64,000 nucleotides of DNA from assembly GCA_036406655.1 (NCBI GenBank), contig DASXAP010000165.1, positions 1,365 through 65,364 of the forward strand, read 5' to 3'. Positions within the stretch are counted from its first letter, which is position 1, and each line of letters starts with the position of its first letter. The translations under genes and the position numbers were made by a program. The notes under the pieces were generated by a model. That model did no database searches, was not told where the DNA came from, and saw only the letters and a list, made by a program, of their open reading frames with translations. This DNA comes from Xanthobacteraceae bacterium (GTDB lineage Bacteria; Pseudomonadota; Alphaproteobacteria; Rhizobiales; Xanthobacteraceae). This document shows, piece after piece, positions 7,948 to 20,057 of the stretch.

Positions 7948-9174
7948 TCAAGCCATCCTACGCCAGAATCGCTGGCGAAGCACCAGCGTCCCGATGATCG
8001 CCAGGTTGACGGCGTTGGCGGCAACCCCGGCGGCGAAGGCCACCGCGTAGGTGCCGAAACGGTCATAGAGCGTGCCGGCGATGAAGCCGCCCGCGGCCAT
8101 CCCGACCCCGCTGCAGAGGAGAAATGTCGGGATCCGCCAATAGGCCTGCGCGGCGGGAAAGAGCTCCCGGATCGCCAGGACGTAGGCGGGGATGATGCCG
8201 GCGAAGCCGAGCCCGAAGGCCGCCGCGACTGTGAACAGGCCGATCTCGTCCTGGGTCAGCGTGAACGCCGTCATCGCCATGATCTGGAACAGCGATCCCG
8301 TGAGCACCGTCCGGAGCCCGCCGAAGCGATCGGAGATCCACCCCCAGAGCTGGCGGCTGAAGAACGCAGTCCCGAGCAGGACCGAGAGCATCGCTGCCCC
8401 GTGCGAGGGAAGGATGCCGAGGTCGCCGCACAGCGCCGGCAGATGCGCCTGCGGCATCGCCATGGTGATGCAGCAGAACACGACCGCGACGGCGATCAGC
8501 GAGAATACCAGCTCGGCAGGCAAGCCGAGGACGGGCTTCGGGCTCGCGGAGGAGCCGAGCATGCCGCCGGGCAGCGACAGTTCCGGCGGCGCCCGCAGAA
8601 AGATCGCCGCGAGCGGCACGACCGTCAATGCCTCGATCACCCCGAAATACAGCATGGTCTGCCGCCAGCCGACGAACGCGACGGTGCGCTCGAACAGGGG
8701 CGGCCAGACCGCGCCGGCGAGGTAGGCACCGCTCGAGATGAGCGCCAGCGCCGAGCCGCGGCGGCGATCGAACCAGCGGCTGACATACACGTAGAACGGC
8801 GAGTTCATCCCGCCGATGCCGAGGAAGCCCACGAACACTCCCTGGCCCAGATAGAGCTGCCAGCTGGCGCCGCCGGTGGAAAGCGCGAGCCCTATGGCGA
8901 TCATCACCGCCCCGACGATCACGGTCCAGCGCACCCCTACCCGCTCGGCGACGCGGGCGATGACGATGCCTCCGGTCCCGAAGCCGATCCAGGCCAGCGC
9001 CGCGGCGAGCGCCGGCACGGCGCGCAGCCCGCCGGTATCGGCGGCGATCGCCTTCAGCGCGACGATGGTGACCCAGGGGGCACCGAAGGCGATCGTCAGG
9101 ATGACCAGGACGACCGCGGCGACCACCCAGGACGACCTGCTCTCGACCGATTGGAGCTTCAATTGTTCATGCAC
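7948..9174 (-). CDS. MFS transporter
   Basis: 408 aa with about 12 hydrophobic segments and a central loop containing WFDRRRGSALAL. GTG start at 9174 is uncertain; an in-frame TTG lies at 9162. Confidence 0.8.
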   Translation of the reverse strand: MHEQLKLQSVESRSSWVVAAVVLVILTIAFGAPWVTIVALKAIAADTGGLRAVPALAAALAWIGFGTGGIVIARVAERVGVRWTVIVGAVMIAIGLALSTGGASWQLYLGQGVFVGFLGIGGMNSPFYVYVSRWFDRRRGSALALISSGAYLAGAVWPPLFERTVAFVGWRQTMLYFGVIEALTVVPLAAIFLRAPPELSLPGGMLGSSASPKPVLGLPAELVFSLIAVAVVFCCITMAMPQAHLPALCGDLGILPSHGAAMLSVLLGTAFFSRQLWGWISDRFGGLRTVLTGSLFQIMAMTAFTLTQDEIGLFTVAAAFGLGFAGIIPAYVLAIRELFPAAQAYWRIPTFLLCSGVGMAAGGFIAGTLYDRFGTYAVAFAAGVAANAVNLAIIGTLVLRQRFWRRMA

Positions 9175-9371
9175 CGGGGAGCTTCAGCGAAGGGGTGAGA
9201 AAAGACAGTCAGGCGTAAGGATGGAGCCTGGGCAGCAGACGATAGGCCGTCGACCTTGCGGGAACCGGAGGCGACGGGTATCGCGCGCATCATGGGGTCC
9301 AGTTGGCGCATGAAACGCGCGTCATCGACATGCGCTCAGCGCATCCTACCGGACCGGGATCGACGTTGGGA

Positions 9372-10448
9372 ATGAGACGAAACGATGCCGGCGCGACACC
9401 GCCGGCTGCCACGGCGGCGGCGCGGCTCGAGACCGATGCCGACACCGCGCGGAAGCTTTTCGGCGCGCTCAGCGAGCATTTCCCGGCCGAGGAGGTCGCC
9501 GTCGGCGTGTTCGAGGATGCGGCGGGCCGCTGGTCGCTCACGCTGCACTTCCGCGATCATCCCGACGAGGCGGCGGTGCGGCAGACGATCGCAGCCGAAG
9601 CCGGCAGTGCCGCCGCCCGGACGCTCACCTTCGAAACGCTGGCGGCGCAGGATTGGGTGCGCAGGAGCGCAGAAGCCTTCAGCCCCGTCGAGGCGGGACG
9701 CTTCGTCGTGCACGGAGCACATGCGCGCAGCCGCATCGGGGCAAACCGGATCGGCATCGAGATCGAGGCGGGATTGGCGTTCGGCACCGGTCACCACGGC
9801 AGCACCCGCGGCTGCCTACTGGCGCTCGATGGGATCGCCAAGACCGCGGGCAGGAAGCGGCCGGCCATTCCGCCGACGTTCACGGCAGTGCCGCGCCGTC
9901 CCCTTGCCGGCTTGCGGCGGAGCGAAAGGGCGCGGGCACAGCAGCGCGGCGCGCCTTGGGCTTTCGTCACCCGCAGGCGCTCGCCCATCGGCGTGCTCGA
10001 TATCGGCACCGGCACCGGCGTGCTCGCCATCGCGGCTGCCAAAGCGCTGCGGCGGCCGGTGCTCGCGAGCGACATCGATCGGCGCGCGGTCGCAGTTGCG
10101 CGGGACAATGTCCGGCTCAATCGAGTGGCCCGCGCGGTCGAGCTGATCCATGCCGGCGGGGTCGCCCCGCATCGGTTCCGGCAGCGCGGGCCATTTGCAC
10201 TGCTCCTCGCCAATATCCTGCTCGAGCCGCTGCAGCAGCTCTCGACGCCGCTTCTCCGGCTCGCGGCGCCGAACGCGCATGTGGTGCTCGCGGGTCTCCT
10301 CCTCGGGCAGGCCGCGGGCGCGCTTGCGAGCTACCGCGCGCGCGGATTCGTGCTGGAACGGCGCATTCGAATCGAGGGCTGGGCTACCCTCGTGCTCGTC
10401 CGTCCCGGCCGGCGGCAGACCGATCGGATGCGGAGGCCGTGCGCCTGA
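9372..10448 (+). CDS. prmA: Ribosomal protein L11 methyltransferase
   Basis: ...IEIEAGLAFGTGHHGSTRGCLLALD...VLDIGTGTGVLAIAAAKA...ASDID..AV are the PrmA motifs, including the SAM-binding DxGxGxG. The start is uncertain (ATG at 9303, 9330 or 9372). Confidence 0.8.
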   Translation: MRRNDAGATPPAATAAARLETDADTARKLFGALSEHFPAEEVAVGVFEDAAGRWSLTLHFRDHPDEAAVRQTIAAEAGSAAARTLTFETLAAQDWVRRSAEAFSPVEAGRFVVHGAHARSRIGANRIGIEIEAGLAFGTGHHGSTRGCLLALDGIAKTAGRKRPAIPPTFTAVPRRPLAGLRRSERARAQQRGAPWAFVTRRRSPIGVLDIGTGTGVLAIAAAKALRRPVLASDIDRRAVAVARDNVRLNRVARAVELIHAGGVAPHRFRQRGPFALLLANILLEPLQQLSTPLLRLAAPNAHVVLAGLLLGQAAGALASYRARGFVLERRIRIEGWATLVLVRPGRRQTDRMRRPCA

Positions 10449-10542
10449 GATACGCCCGCAGCAACGCAGGCCAAGAAGGATTACGGTCTGGACCTCCCGG
10501 CGATGCGGCGCGCATTGCCCGGGTGCCGGCCCGCCCATATAG

Positions 10543-12387
10543 ATGGCCGCGATGTTCGAGGCCCGCTTTCAATCCTTCGAGGAGCGCAGCGAGCCGGCGG
10601 CGAGCGCCGGGCGGATCGCTGCGCTGCGGACCGAGCTTGCGCGGCGCAACCTCACCGGCTGGATCGTGCCCCATGCCGACCGCCAGCAGAACGAATATCT
10701 GCCGGCGAGCGAGCAGCGGCTCGCCTGGTTGACCGGTTTCACCGGCTCGGCCGGCCTGGCGATCGTGCTGATGCAGCGCGCGGTGCTGCTCGTCGACGGC
10801 CGTTACATGCTGCAGGCGCGTGAGCAGGTGGACCAAGCGCTATTCGCCGTCGAGCACCTGGTCGACGCGCCGCCCGAGCGCTGGCTCGAGCAGAACCTCA
10901 ACGGCAGCGATCGCCTCGGCTATGATCCCTGGCTGCATACGGTCGAGGGGGTCGCGAAGCTTGCCAAGGCTTGCGCCGCCGCGGGGGCGACCCTGGTGCC
11001 GGTCGAGCCCGATCCGGTCGACGCGATCTGGAGCGACCGGCCGCCGCCGCCGCTCGGCGCGGTGACGTTGCACGGGCTGCGGTTCGCGGGCGAAGGAGCC
11101 GAGCTGAAGCTCGATCGCGTGCGCGCCGAATTGAGCAAGCTGCGCGCCGACGCGCTGCTGGTGTCCGACCCGCAAGCCGTCGCCTGGACCTTCAACATTC
11201 GCGGCGCCGACGTCGTTCACACGCCTTTACTGCTCGCCTTCGCCCTCGTTCCGCGGGAGGGCCGGCCGGCGCTGTTCCTCGACGGCCGCAAGCTGTCGAA
11301 CGACGTCCGCCACCGGCTCGAAGCGCTGGCCGATGTGCGCGAGGACGCCGATCTGCCCAGCGCCGTGGCGGCGCTCGGCCGGGCGAAGCTGACCGTCCGG
11401 CTCGATCGGGCGACCGCGGCCGATGCGCTGGCGCAGCTCCTCACCAGGGAAGGCGGCAAGGTCACGCGCGGCCCCGATCCGATTGCCCTGATGAAGGCAG
11501 TGAAGAACGACGCGGAGCTCGCCGGCGCGCGCGCCGCCCACGCCCGCGATGGCGCGGCGGTCACCCGCTTCCTCGCCTGGCTCGATCGCGAGGCGCCGCG
11601 CGGGATGCTGACCGAGATCGACGCCGTCGCGGCCCTGGAGAGCTTTCGCCGCGACACCGGGTTGCTCAAGGATATCTCGTTCCCGACCATCGCCGGCGCG
11701 GGCCCGGACGGCGCCATCGTGCACTACCGCGTCACCACGAAGAGCAACCGCCGCATCGAACCGGGCGAGCTGCTCCTGGTCGATTCCGGCGGCCAGTACG
11801 AGGACGGCACCACCGACATCACCCGCACCGTCGCCATAGGCGCCCCGAGCACGGAGATGCGTGACCGGTTCACCCGCGTGCTCAAGGGACATATCGCCGT
11901 CGCCTGCGCGGTCTTCCCCGAGGGGATCACCGGAGCGCAGCTCGATTCGTTCGCGCGCCAGTTCCTGTGGGCGCAGGGGCTCGATTTCGACCACGGCACC
12001 GGCCACGGTGTCGGCAGCTACCTCTCCGTCCACGAAGGTCCCGCGCGCATCTCCAAGCTCGGCACCACCGCGCTGTTGCGCGGCATGATCCTGTCGAACG
12101 AGCCCGGCTACTACAAGGCGGGCGGCTTCGGCATTCGCATCGAGAATCTCGTGCTGGTGGTCCCGGCCGCCGCGGTCGCCGGCGCCGAGAAGGCGCTCAA
12201 TGCATTCGAGACGCTCACCCTCGCCCCGATCGACCGCCGACTGGTCGTCGAGGGGATGCTGACAGCCGAAGAGAGGAGCTGGCTCGACCGCTATCATGCG
12301 CGGGTCGCGCAGACGCTGTCGCCGCTCGTCGACGGCGAGACCGGTGCCTGGCTCGCGCAGGCGACGCGCCCGCTCGGACCGAACTGA
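10543..12387 (+). CDS. pepP: Xaa-Pro aminopeptidase (aminopeptidase P, M24B family)
   Basis: 614 aa. The C-terminal pita-bread domain has DSGGQY..GTTDITRT, HGTGHGVGSYLSVHEGP and SNEPGYY metal-ligand motifs. Confidence 0.9.
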   Translation: MAAMFEARFQSFEERSEPAASAGRIAALRTELARRNLTGWIVPHADRQQNEYLPASEQRLAWLTGFTGSAGLAIVLMQRAVLLVDGRYMLQAREQVDQALFAVEHLVDAPPERWLEQNLNGSDRLGYDPWLHTVEGVAKLAKACAAAGATLVPVEPDPVDAIWSDRPPPPLGAVTLHGLRFAGEGAELKLDRVRAELSKLRADALLVSDPQAVAWTFNIRGADVVHTPLLLAFALVPREGRPALFLDGRKLSNDVRHRLEALADVREDADLPSAVAALGRAKLTVRLDRATAADALAQLLTREGGKVTRGPDPIALMKAVKNDAELAGARAAHARDGAAVTRFLAWLDREAPRGMLTEIDAVAALESFRRDTGLLKDISFPTIAGAGPDGAIVHYRVTTKSNRRIEPGELLLVDSGGQYEDGTTDITRTVAIGAPSTEMRDRFTRVLKGHIAVACAVFPEGITGAQLDSFARQFLWAQGLDFDHGTGHGVGSYLSVHEGPARISKLGTTALLRGMILSNEPGYYKAGGFGIRIENLVLVVPAAAVAGAEKALNAFETLTLAPIDRRLVVEGMLTAEERSWLDRYHARVAQTLSPLVDGETGAWLAQATRPLGPN

Positions 12388-12398
12388 GCGCCCGCGCC

Positions 12399-13652
12399 TT
12401 GCTCGAGCCGAGCCATCCCGATCCCGCGTCGAGCACGGCGCAGCGCACCCCGCGGCGGCTGCTGGCGCTGCTGGTGGCGATGACCGGGGTGAGCTCGCTG
12501 TCGCTCAACATCCTGGTGCCGGCGCTCCCGGGCCTGATGGCGAAGTTCGCAACCGATGCGGCGAGCGTCCAGTTGACGGTCTCGCTCTATCTGCTCGGGC
12601 TCGCGCCGGCGCAGCTGCTGTTCGGACCGCTGTCCGACCGGTTCGGCCGGCGGCCGGTCGTCCTGACCGGGCTCGCGCTTGCCACCCTCGCCGGCACCGC
12701 CGCGATCTTCGCCGGCACCATCGCTGCCCTGATCGCCGCGCGCATCGTGCAGTCGCTCGGCGCCTCGACCGGGCAGACCATCGGCCGCGCGATCATCCGC
12801 GATCTCTACGAGCGCGAGCGCGCTGCTTCGATGATCGGGCTGATCACCTCGGTCATGGTGATCATGCCGATGGCCGCGCCTCTGATCGGCGGCGTGCTCG
12901 ACACCCTGTTCGGCTGGGAGGCGATCTTCGTCTTCACCGCCGGGCTGAGCCTCACGATCTTCCTGTGGACGGTCCTGATATTACCGGAGACCCGCCGGCT
13001 CCCGGGCGGATCCGCCGCCCCCATCCGCCTGGGTGCCGACGTCGCCTTCCTGGCAACAAGCCCGCGCTTCTTCGGCTATGCGTTGTGCGCCGGGCTCGGC
13101 TCCGGGCCGTTCTTCAGCTTTCTCGGCGGCGCCCCCTACGTGGTGGTGGGAATGCTGGGGCACAGCTCGGCGGAATACGGACTCTGGTTCTTCCTGCCGG
13201 CGTTCGGCTTCATGAGCGGCAATTTCCTGGTGGCGCGGCTCGCCACCCGCGCCGGCATCGATACGCTGATCTGGTGGGGAATAGCCCTGACCGTCGTCGG
13301 CTGCCTGATCAATGCCGCCGTCTACATCGCCTTTCCCGGCGCGGAGATGATCACGATCTTCCTGCCGCAGCTGATCATCGGCGCCGGCAACGGGCTCCTG
13401 CTGCCGACCGCGGTCGCCGGCGCCGTCAGCATTCGTCCGCAGGTGTCCGGAACCGCTTCGGGGATGACCGGCTTCATCCAGATGCTGATCTGCGCCGCTG
13501 CCGCTCAGCTCGGAGGCTACGTGGTGGCTGAGTCCGTGGATGCGATGCCGTTGATCTGGTTGATGCTGCTGTTCGGGATTGCAACCGCCGCGGCGGTGTT
13601 CGGGCTGGTGCGAAAACGGACGACGGACGCCGGAGCACGGAGGACGGAATAG
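12399..13652 (+). CDS. MFS drug efflux transporter, Bcr/CflA subfamily
   Basis: ...LSLNILVPALPGLMAKF......LLFGPLSDRFGRRPVVL... is the Bcr/CflA signature. The long ORF 11967..13652 overlaps pepP out of frame. The first plausible start after the pepP stop is TTG 12399, and there is no ATG before TM1. Confidence 0.75.
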   Translation: MLEPSHPDPASSTAQRTPRRLLALLVAMTGVSSLSLNILVPALPGLMAKFATDAASVQLTVSLYLLGLAPAQLLFGPLSDRFGRRPVVLTGLALATLAGTAAIFAGTIAALIAARIVQSLGASTGQTIGRAIIRDLYERERAASMIGLITSVMVIMPMAAPLIGGVLDTLFGWEAIFVFTAGLSLTIFLWTVLILPETRRLPGGSAAPIRLGADVAFLATSPRFFGYALCAGLGSGPFFSFLGGAPYVVVGMLGHSSAEYGLWFFLPAFGFMSGNFLVARLATRAGIDTLIWWGIALTVVGCLINAAVYIAFPGAEMITIFLPQLIIGAGNGLLLPTAVAGAVSIRPQVSGTASGMTGFIQMLICAAAAQLGGYVVAESVDAMPLIWLMLLFGIATAAAVFGLVRKRTTDAGARRTE

Positions 13653-13692
13653 CCGGAAGCAGTGGCGTCATCCCGAATTTCCGCCCCGCGCC

Positions 13693-15942
<2,250 letters not shown>

Positions 15943-16002
15943 TCATCTTCCGTTGGAACAACTTATTGGAGGTGGCGCGGTGGCTACCATCTTTTTCGCT
16001 GA

Positions 16003-17667
16003 TTACCCCGCTGCCTTGATCAGCCGCTCGGCGGCCGCGCGCGCCTCCGCGGTTATCTCGGCGCCGGCGAGCATGCGCGCGATCTCCTCCCGGCGCCGGT
16101 CGGCGGCGAGCTCGACAACCCGGGTCACCGCGCGCCTGCCGCGATCGAGCATGCTCTTGGTGATGAGGTAATGGCGGTCGGCGCGCGCGGCGACCTGCGG
16201 AGCATGCGTCACCGCGATCACCTGGGCACGCCGGCCGAGCCTGGCGAGCCGCACGCCGATGGCATCGGCGACGGCACCGCCCGCCCCGGTGTCGATCTCG
16301 TCGAAAACCAGGGTCGGCGCCGAGCCGCGGTCGGCCAGCACCACCTTGAGCGCAAGCAGAAAGCGCGCGAGCTCGCCGCCGGAAGCGACCTTGACCAGCG
16401 GTCCCGGCCGGGTGCCCGGATTGGTCTGCACCCAGAACTCGACCCGATCGGTCCCCTGCGGACCCGCCCGGCCCTCCTCGATCTCCGTGGAAAACCGAGC
16501 GCGTTCGAGCTTGAGCGGCCTGAGCTCGCCGTTCACCGCCCCGTCCAGCGTTGCCGCCGCTTGCCGGCGCTCGAGGGACAGCGCAGCCGCTGCCTGCCGA
16601 TAACGCAGCTCGGCTTCCCCGGCCTCGGCTTCGAGCTGCGCCAGCCGCTCGGCACCCGCCTCGATCAGGCCGAGCTCACCGGCGTGCCGTCTCGCCAGCG
16701 CCTCGAGGTCGTCGACCGGGACGTTGTATTTGCGGGCAGCCGCGCGCAGGGCAAACAATCGCTCCTCGATGCGCTCGAGCTCGCGCGGATCCTGCTCGGC
16801 GGCGCCGAGTGCCGCATCGAGATGCGCGCCCGCTTCGCTCAGCGCGGAAAGGGCGGCATCGAGGGCCTTCACCGTCGGCTCGATCAGGGTTGGAGCCTGC
16901 GCCACGCGCCGCTCGAGCCGGCGCAGCGCGGCCGAGAGTGCAGGCAGCGGCGACTGGGCTCCTGCCAGCGCATCATGCGCCTCGCGCAGGTCGGCGACGA
17001 CCCTCTCCGCCTGCATCATGGCGGCTCGTCTTGCGGCCAACGCACTCTCCTCCGAGGGCGCGGGGGCAAGCCGGCGCAGCTCGTCGGTGGCGTGCCGGAG
17101 GAAGTCGGCCTCCCGCCGGGCATGCTCGACCTCCGCCCGGTGTGCGGTGACCTCGTTCTCGCGCGCCAACCGCTCCTGCCAAAGAGCCTCGACCTCAGCC
17201 GCCCGCTGCTCGAGACCGCCGAACGCATCGAGCAGGCGGCGGTGTGTTGCCACGTCGACCAACGCCCGCTCGTCATGCTGGCCGTGGATCTCGACCAGCG
17301 CCGTCCCCAGGGTCTTGAGCGTCTGCGCGCTCACCGGCTGATCGTTGACGAAGGCGCGGGTCCGGCCGTCGGCAAGCTGGACGCGGCGCAGGATCAGCTC
17401 GTCCTCCGCCGGGATGCCGTTGGCCGCCATCGCCGCGCGCACCGAAGCATCCGCGGGGAGCTCGAACGACGCGGTCACCTGGCCCTGCTCGGCGCCGTGC
17501 CGCACCAGCGCCGCGTCGCCACGGGCGCCGAGCGCCAGCGCGAAGGCGTCGAGCAGGATGGATTTGCCCGCCCCGGTCTCGCCAGTGAGCACCGACAGGC
17601 CCGCCGCGAAATCGAGGTCGAGCCGGTCGATCAGGACGATGTCGCGGACCGAGAGCCGGGCCAGCAT
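16003..17667 (-). CDS. recN: DNA repair protein RecN
   Basis: MLARLSVRDIVLIDRLDLDF..LSVLTGETGAGKSILLDA (Walker A), a long coiled-coil middle and a C-terminal SGGELARF signature. Confidence 0.95.
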   Translation of the reverse strand: MLARLSVRDIVLIDRLDLDFAAGLSVLTGETGAGKSILLDAFALALGARGDAALVRHGAEQGQVTASFELPADASVRAAMAANGIPAEDELILRRVQLADGRTRAFVNDQPVSAQTLKTLGTALVEIHGQHDERALVDVATHRRLLDAFGGLEQRAAEVEALWQERLARENEVTAHRAEVEHARREADFLRHATDELRRLAPAPSEESALAARRAAMMQAERVVADLREAHDALAGAQSPLPALSAALRRLERRVAQAPTLIEPTVKALDAALSALSEAGAHLDAALGAAEQDPRELERIEERLFALRAAARKYNVPVDDLEALARRHAGELGLIEAGAERLAQLEAEAGEAELRYRQAAAALSLERRQAAATLDGAVNGELRPLKLERARFSTEIEEGRAGPQGTDRVEFWVQTNPGTRPGPLVKVASGGELARFLLALKVVLADRGSAPTLVFDEIDTGAGGAVADAIGVRLARLGRRAQVIAVTHAPQVAARADRHYLITKSMLDRGRRAVTRVVELAADRRREEIARMLAGAEITAEARAAAERLIKAAG

Positions 17668-17675
17668 GCCGAGCG

Positions 17676-18530
17676 CTAGCCGAGCTTGAATGCCCGGCTG
17701 ATCCAGGAACCCTTGTTCTCGCTCGGCTGCAGTCCCTTCGACTGCATCAGGGCAAAGGCGTCCTTGTACCAGCGGCTTTCCGGGAAGTTGTGCCCGAGCA
17801 CGGCAGCCGAGGTTTGCGCCTCGTCGACAATACCGAGCGCCATGTAGGCTTCGGTCAGCCGGAGCAGCGCCTCCTCGACGTGGCGGGTCCGCTGGTAGCG
17901 CGTCACCACGATCTTGAAGCGGTTGATCGCGCCGGTGTAGTTTCTCGAGTTAAGCAATTGACGTCCGACATCCATCTCCTTGCCGGCCAGCTGGTCGCGC
18001 GCGATCTGGACCTTGCGCTTGGCACTTTCAACGTATTCGGAGGTCGGATACTTGCGGACGAGCTCCTCGAAAGCCTGCACCGCCTTGTCGGTGGGCTCCT
18101 GGTCGCGGGAAATTTCCGGCATCTGATCGAAATAGGAGGAAGCGATCAGGAACTGCGCATACGCGGCGTCGGGACTTCCCGGATGCAGCGTGACATAGCG
18201 CCGTGACGCCTGGATGCAGTCATTGTACGAGCCTGCCTGGTAGTGGGCAAAGGCGGTCATGATCAGCGCCTTGCGCGCCCAGTCGGAATAGGGATGCTGG
18301 CGATCGACCTCCTCGAACTTCTTGGCTGCATCCTTGTAGGACTTCTTGACGTTCAGCAGGTAAAGGCCCTCGTTGTAGAGCTTGTCCGCCGGCTGGTCGG
18401 GAACGATGGGATCCTTGTCGAACAGGTTGCTGCAGCCGCCGATCAGGATGAGCGCCAGCAGCGGCACGAGACGCGCGAGCGCACGCGCGCTGCGCCCGAT
18501 CTTGCTGGTCGTCGCCGAGCACCAGATCAT
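17676..18530 (-). CDS. bamD: Outer membrane protein assembly factor BamD (ComL/YfiO lipoprotein)
   Basis: Lipobox LILIGGC, TPR-like repeats, and conserved position between lpxC and recN. Start trimmed to ATG 18530. Confidence 0.9.
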   Translation of the reverse strand: MIWCSATTSKIGRSARALARLVPLLALILIGGCSNLFDKDPIVPDQPADKLYNEGLYLLNVKKSYKDAAKKFEEVDRQHPYSDWARKALIMTAFAHYQAGSYNDCIQASRRYVTLHPGSPDAAYAQFLIASSYFDQMPEISRDQEPTDKAVQAFEELVRKYPTSEYVESAKRKVQIARDQLAGKEMDVGRQLLNSRNYTGAINRFKIVVTRYQRTRHVEEALLRLTEAYMALGIVDEAQTSAAVLGHNFPESRWYKDAFALMQSKGLQPSENKGSWISRAFKLG

Positions 18531-18681
18531 GGGTTGGATGAGGATCCCCTCCCCCGACGCGAGGTTCAATCCGCTGCCGCGCTAACCGGCTGTTGCCTCT
18601 TAACCCACTGCGCAAGTTAGGAAATAGGCCGACATTCCGCCCGGAATGTGGCAGCGCAATCGGCCCCGGCTGCGGCGGACG

Positions 18682-19626
18682 TCAGGAAATCTCGGGGCCG
18701 AACGCAGCCGCGACCCGGCCCACCCGCTCGGCATGAGCGCGCAGGCGCGGTCCCTCGCTGTCGACCCAGGCCCAGGCGCGGGTATCCGACATCAGCGCAC
18801 AGAGCACGGCATAGTTGAGCTTGTGGCCGCCGCGCACCGAGCGGTAGGTGGCAAGCAACGGTCCACCGGCCAGCGCGAGGTCTCCGACTGCGTCGAGCAC
18901 CTTGTGGCGGACGAACTCGTCGGGGAAACGGGCACCTTCCGGGTTGAGGATGCGGCTCTCGCTCACCACCAGCGTGTTTTCCAGCGAGGCGCCGAGCGCG
19001 TAGCCGGAATTCCACAAGCTCGTCGCATCGCGCATGAAACCAAAGGTGCGAGCGCGGGCGATCTCGCGCCGGAAGCTCTCCGGCTTGACGTTGAGCGACA
19101 GGCATTGGCGACCGATGAGCTCATGATCGAACTCGACCTCGGCCTCGATCCGGAAGCCCCACGGGTTGGGCCAGATCTCGCCGAAAGCATCCCCCATGGC
19201 GACGCGGACGGGCTTGAGCACCTTGATGTAGCGGCGCGGCTCGTTGAGTCTCACGATGCCCACGGCGTCGATCGCCGCAACGAATGGTGCGGCGCTGCCA
19301 TCCATTATCGGCGCTTCGGGGCCGTCGATCTCGACCAGAGCATTATCGACGCCGAGTCCCGAGAGTGCAGCCAGGACGTGCTCGGCGGTCGAAATCAGTG
19401 GTCCCGATGCGTCTCCCAGAACCGTAGCGAATTCGGTCGCCGTCACCGCGCTCATGTCGGCTATGATTTCCCGGCTGCTGCCGCCCGGAATGCCGGTTCG
19501 GATGAAGCGCAGGCCGGTGTCGGCGTCGGCGGGGTATATCGTCAGCGCTACCGGCAACCCGGAATGGACGCCCACGCCCAGCAACGTGGCGTGGTCGCGC
19601 AACGTGGTCTGCCTGGCGACTTTCAT
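18682..19626 (-). CDS. lpxC: UDP-3-O-acyl-N-acetylglucosamine deacetylase
   Basis: MKVARQTTLRDHATLLGVGVHSGLPVALTIYPADADTGLRFIR...TAEHVLAAL...FVRHKVLDAVGDLAL are classic LpxC motifs. Start trimmed to ATG 19626. Confidence 0.95.
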   Translation of the reverse strand: MKVARQTTLRDHATLLGVGVHSGLPVALTIYPADADTGLRFIRTGIPGGSSREIIADMSAVTATEFATVLGDASGPLISTAEHVLAALSGLGVDNALVEIDGPEAPIMDGSAAPFVAAIDAVGIVRLNEPRRYIKVLKPVRVAMGDAFGEIWPNPWGFRIEAEVEFDHELIGRQCLSLNVKPESFRREIARARTFGFMRDATSLWNSGYALGASLENTLVVSESRILNPEGARFPDEFVRHKVLDAVGDLALAGGPLLATYRSVRGGHKLNYAVLCALMSDTRAWAWVDSEGPRLRAHAERVGRVAAAFGPEIS

Positions 19627-20057
19627 CCCAACCCGCCCCGCCTCCCGGCCGCCGCTTGTCAGGCGGCGCGCGGTGGAATCCTGCGGGCGACGACACGTCG
19701 CAGTCCTGCCATCGGTAAGGCTGATACTCGGCCCGCGGGCAAGAATCTGGCCGCGCTGTCCCCCCGAACGAAAACCCCTTTGACCCGGGCAGGTTAGCAC
19801 GGCTGCTGGGAAGGCCAATTCACGCTTTCTTACCGAGTGTTACCGTCCTCCTGCCGCAATCGAAGGCGGCGCTGCGGCAACCCCATGCCTGCTGGATGGA
19901 CGCAAGTCTGGCTCGCGCAGGAGCGACGGCCCGAGCGGCCTGTCCTTGGCCCAAATGCTCGGTTTCATTCAGGTGCGAGGCTGGGTAGCCGCCGGCGGGG
20001 CGGCTAGCGCTGCCATGTCAACCCGCCCCTGGCATTGCTCGGCGCTGGACGGAGACC

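Noticed and set aside
19627-20057. 431-nt gap between ftsZ and lpxC, with the small inverted repeats TGCCGCA/TGCGGCA and GGGGCGG/CCGCCCC
   Set aside because: The stems are short with long loops and no T-tract, and no sORF with an SD is present. This is most simply the lpxC promoter/5' UTR region. I could not support a terminator or sRNA call.
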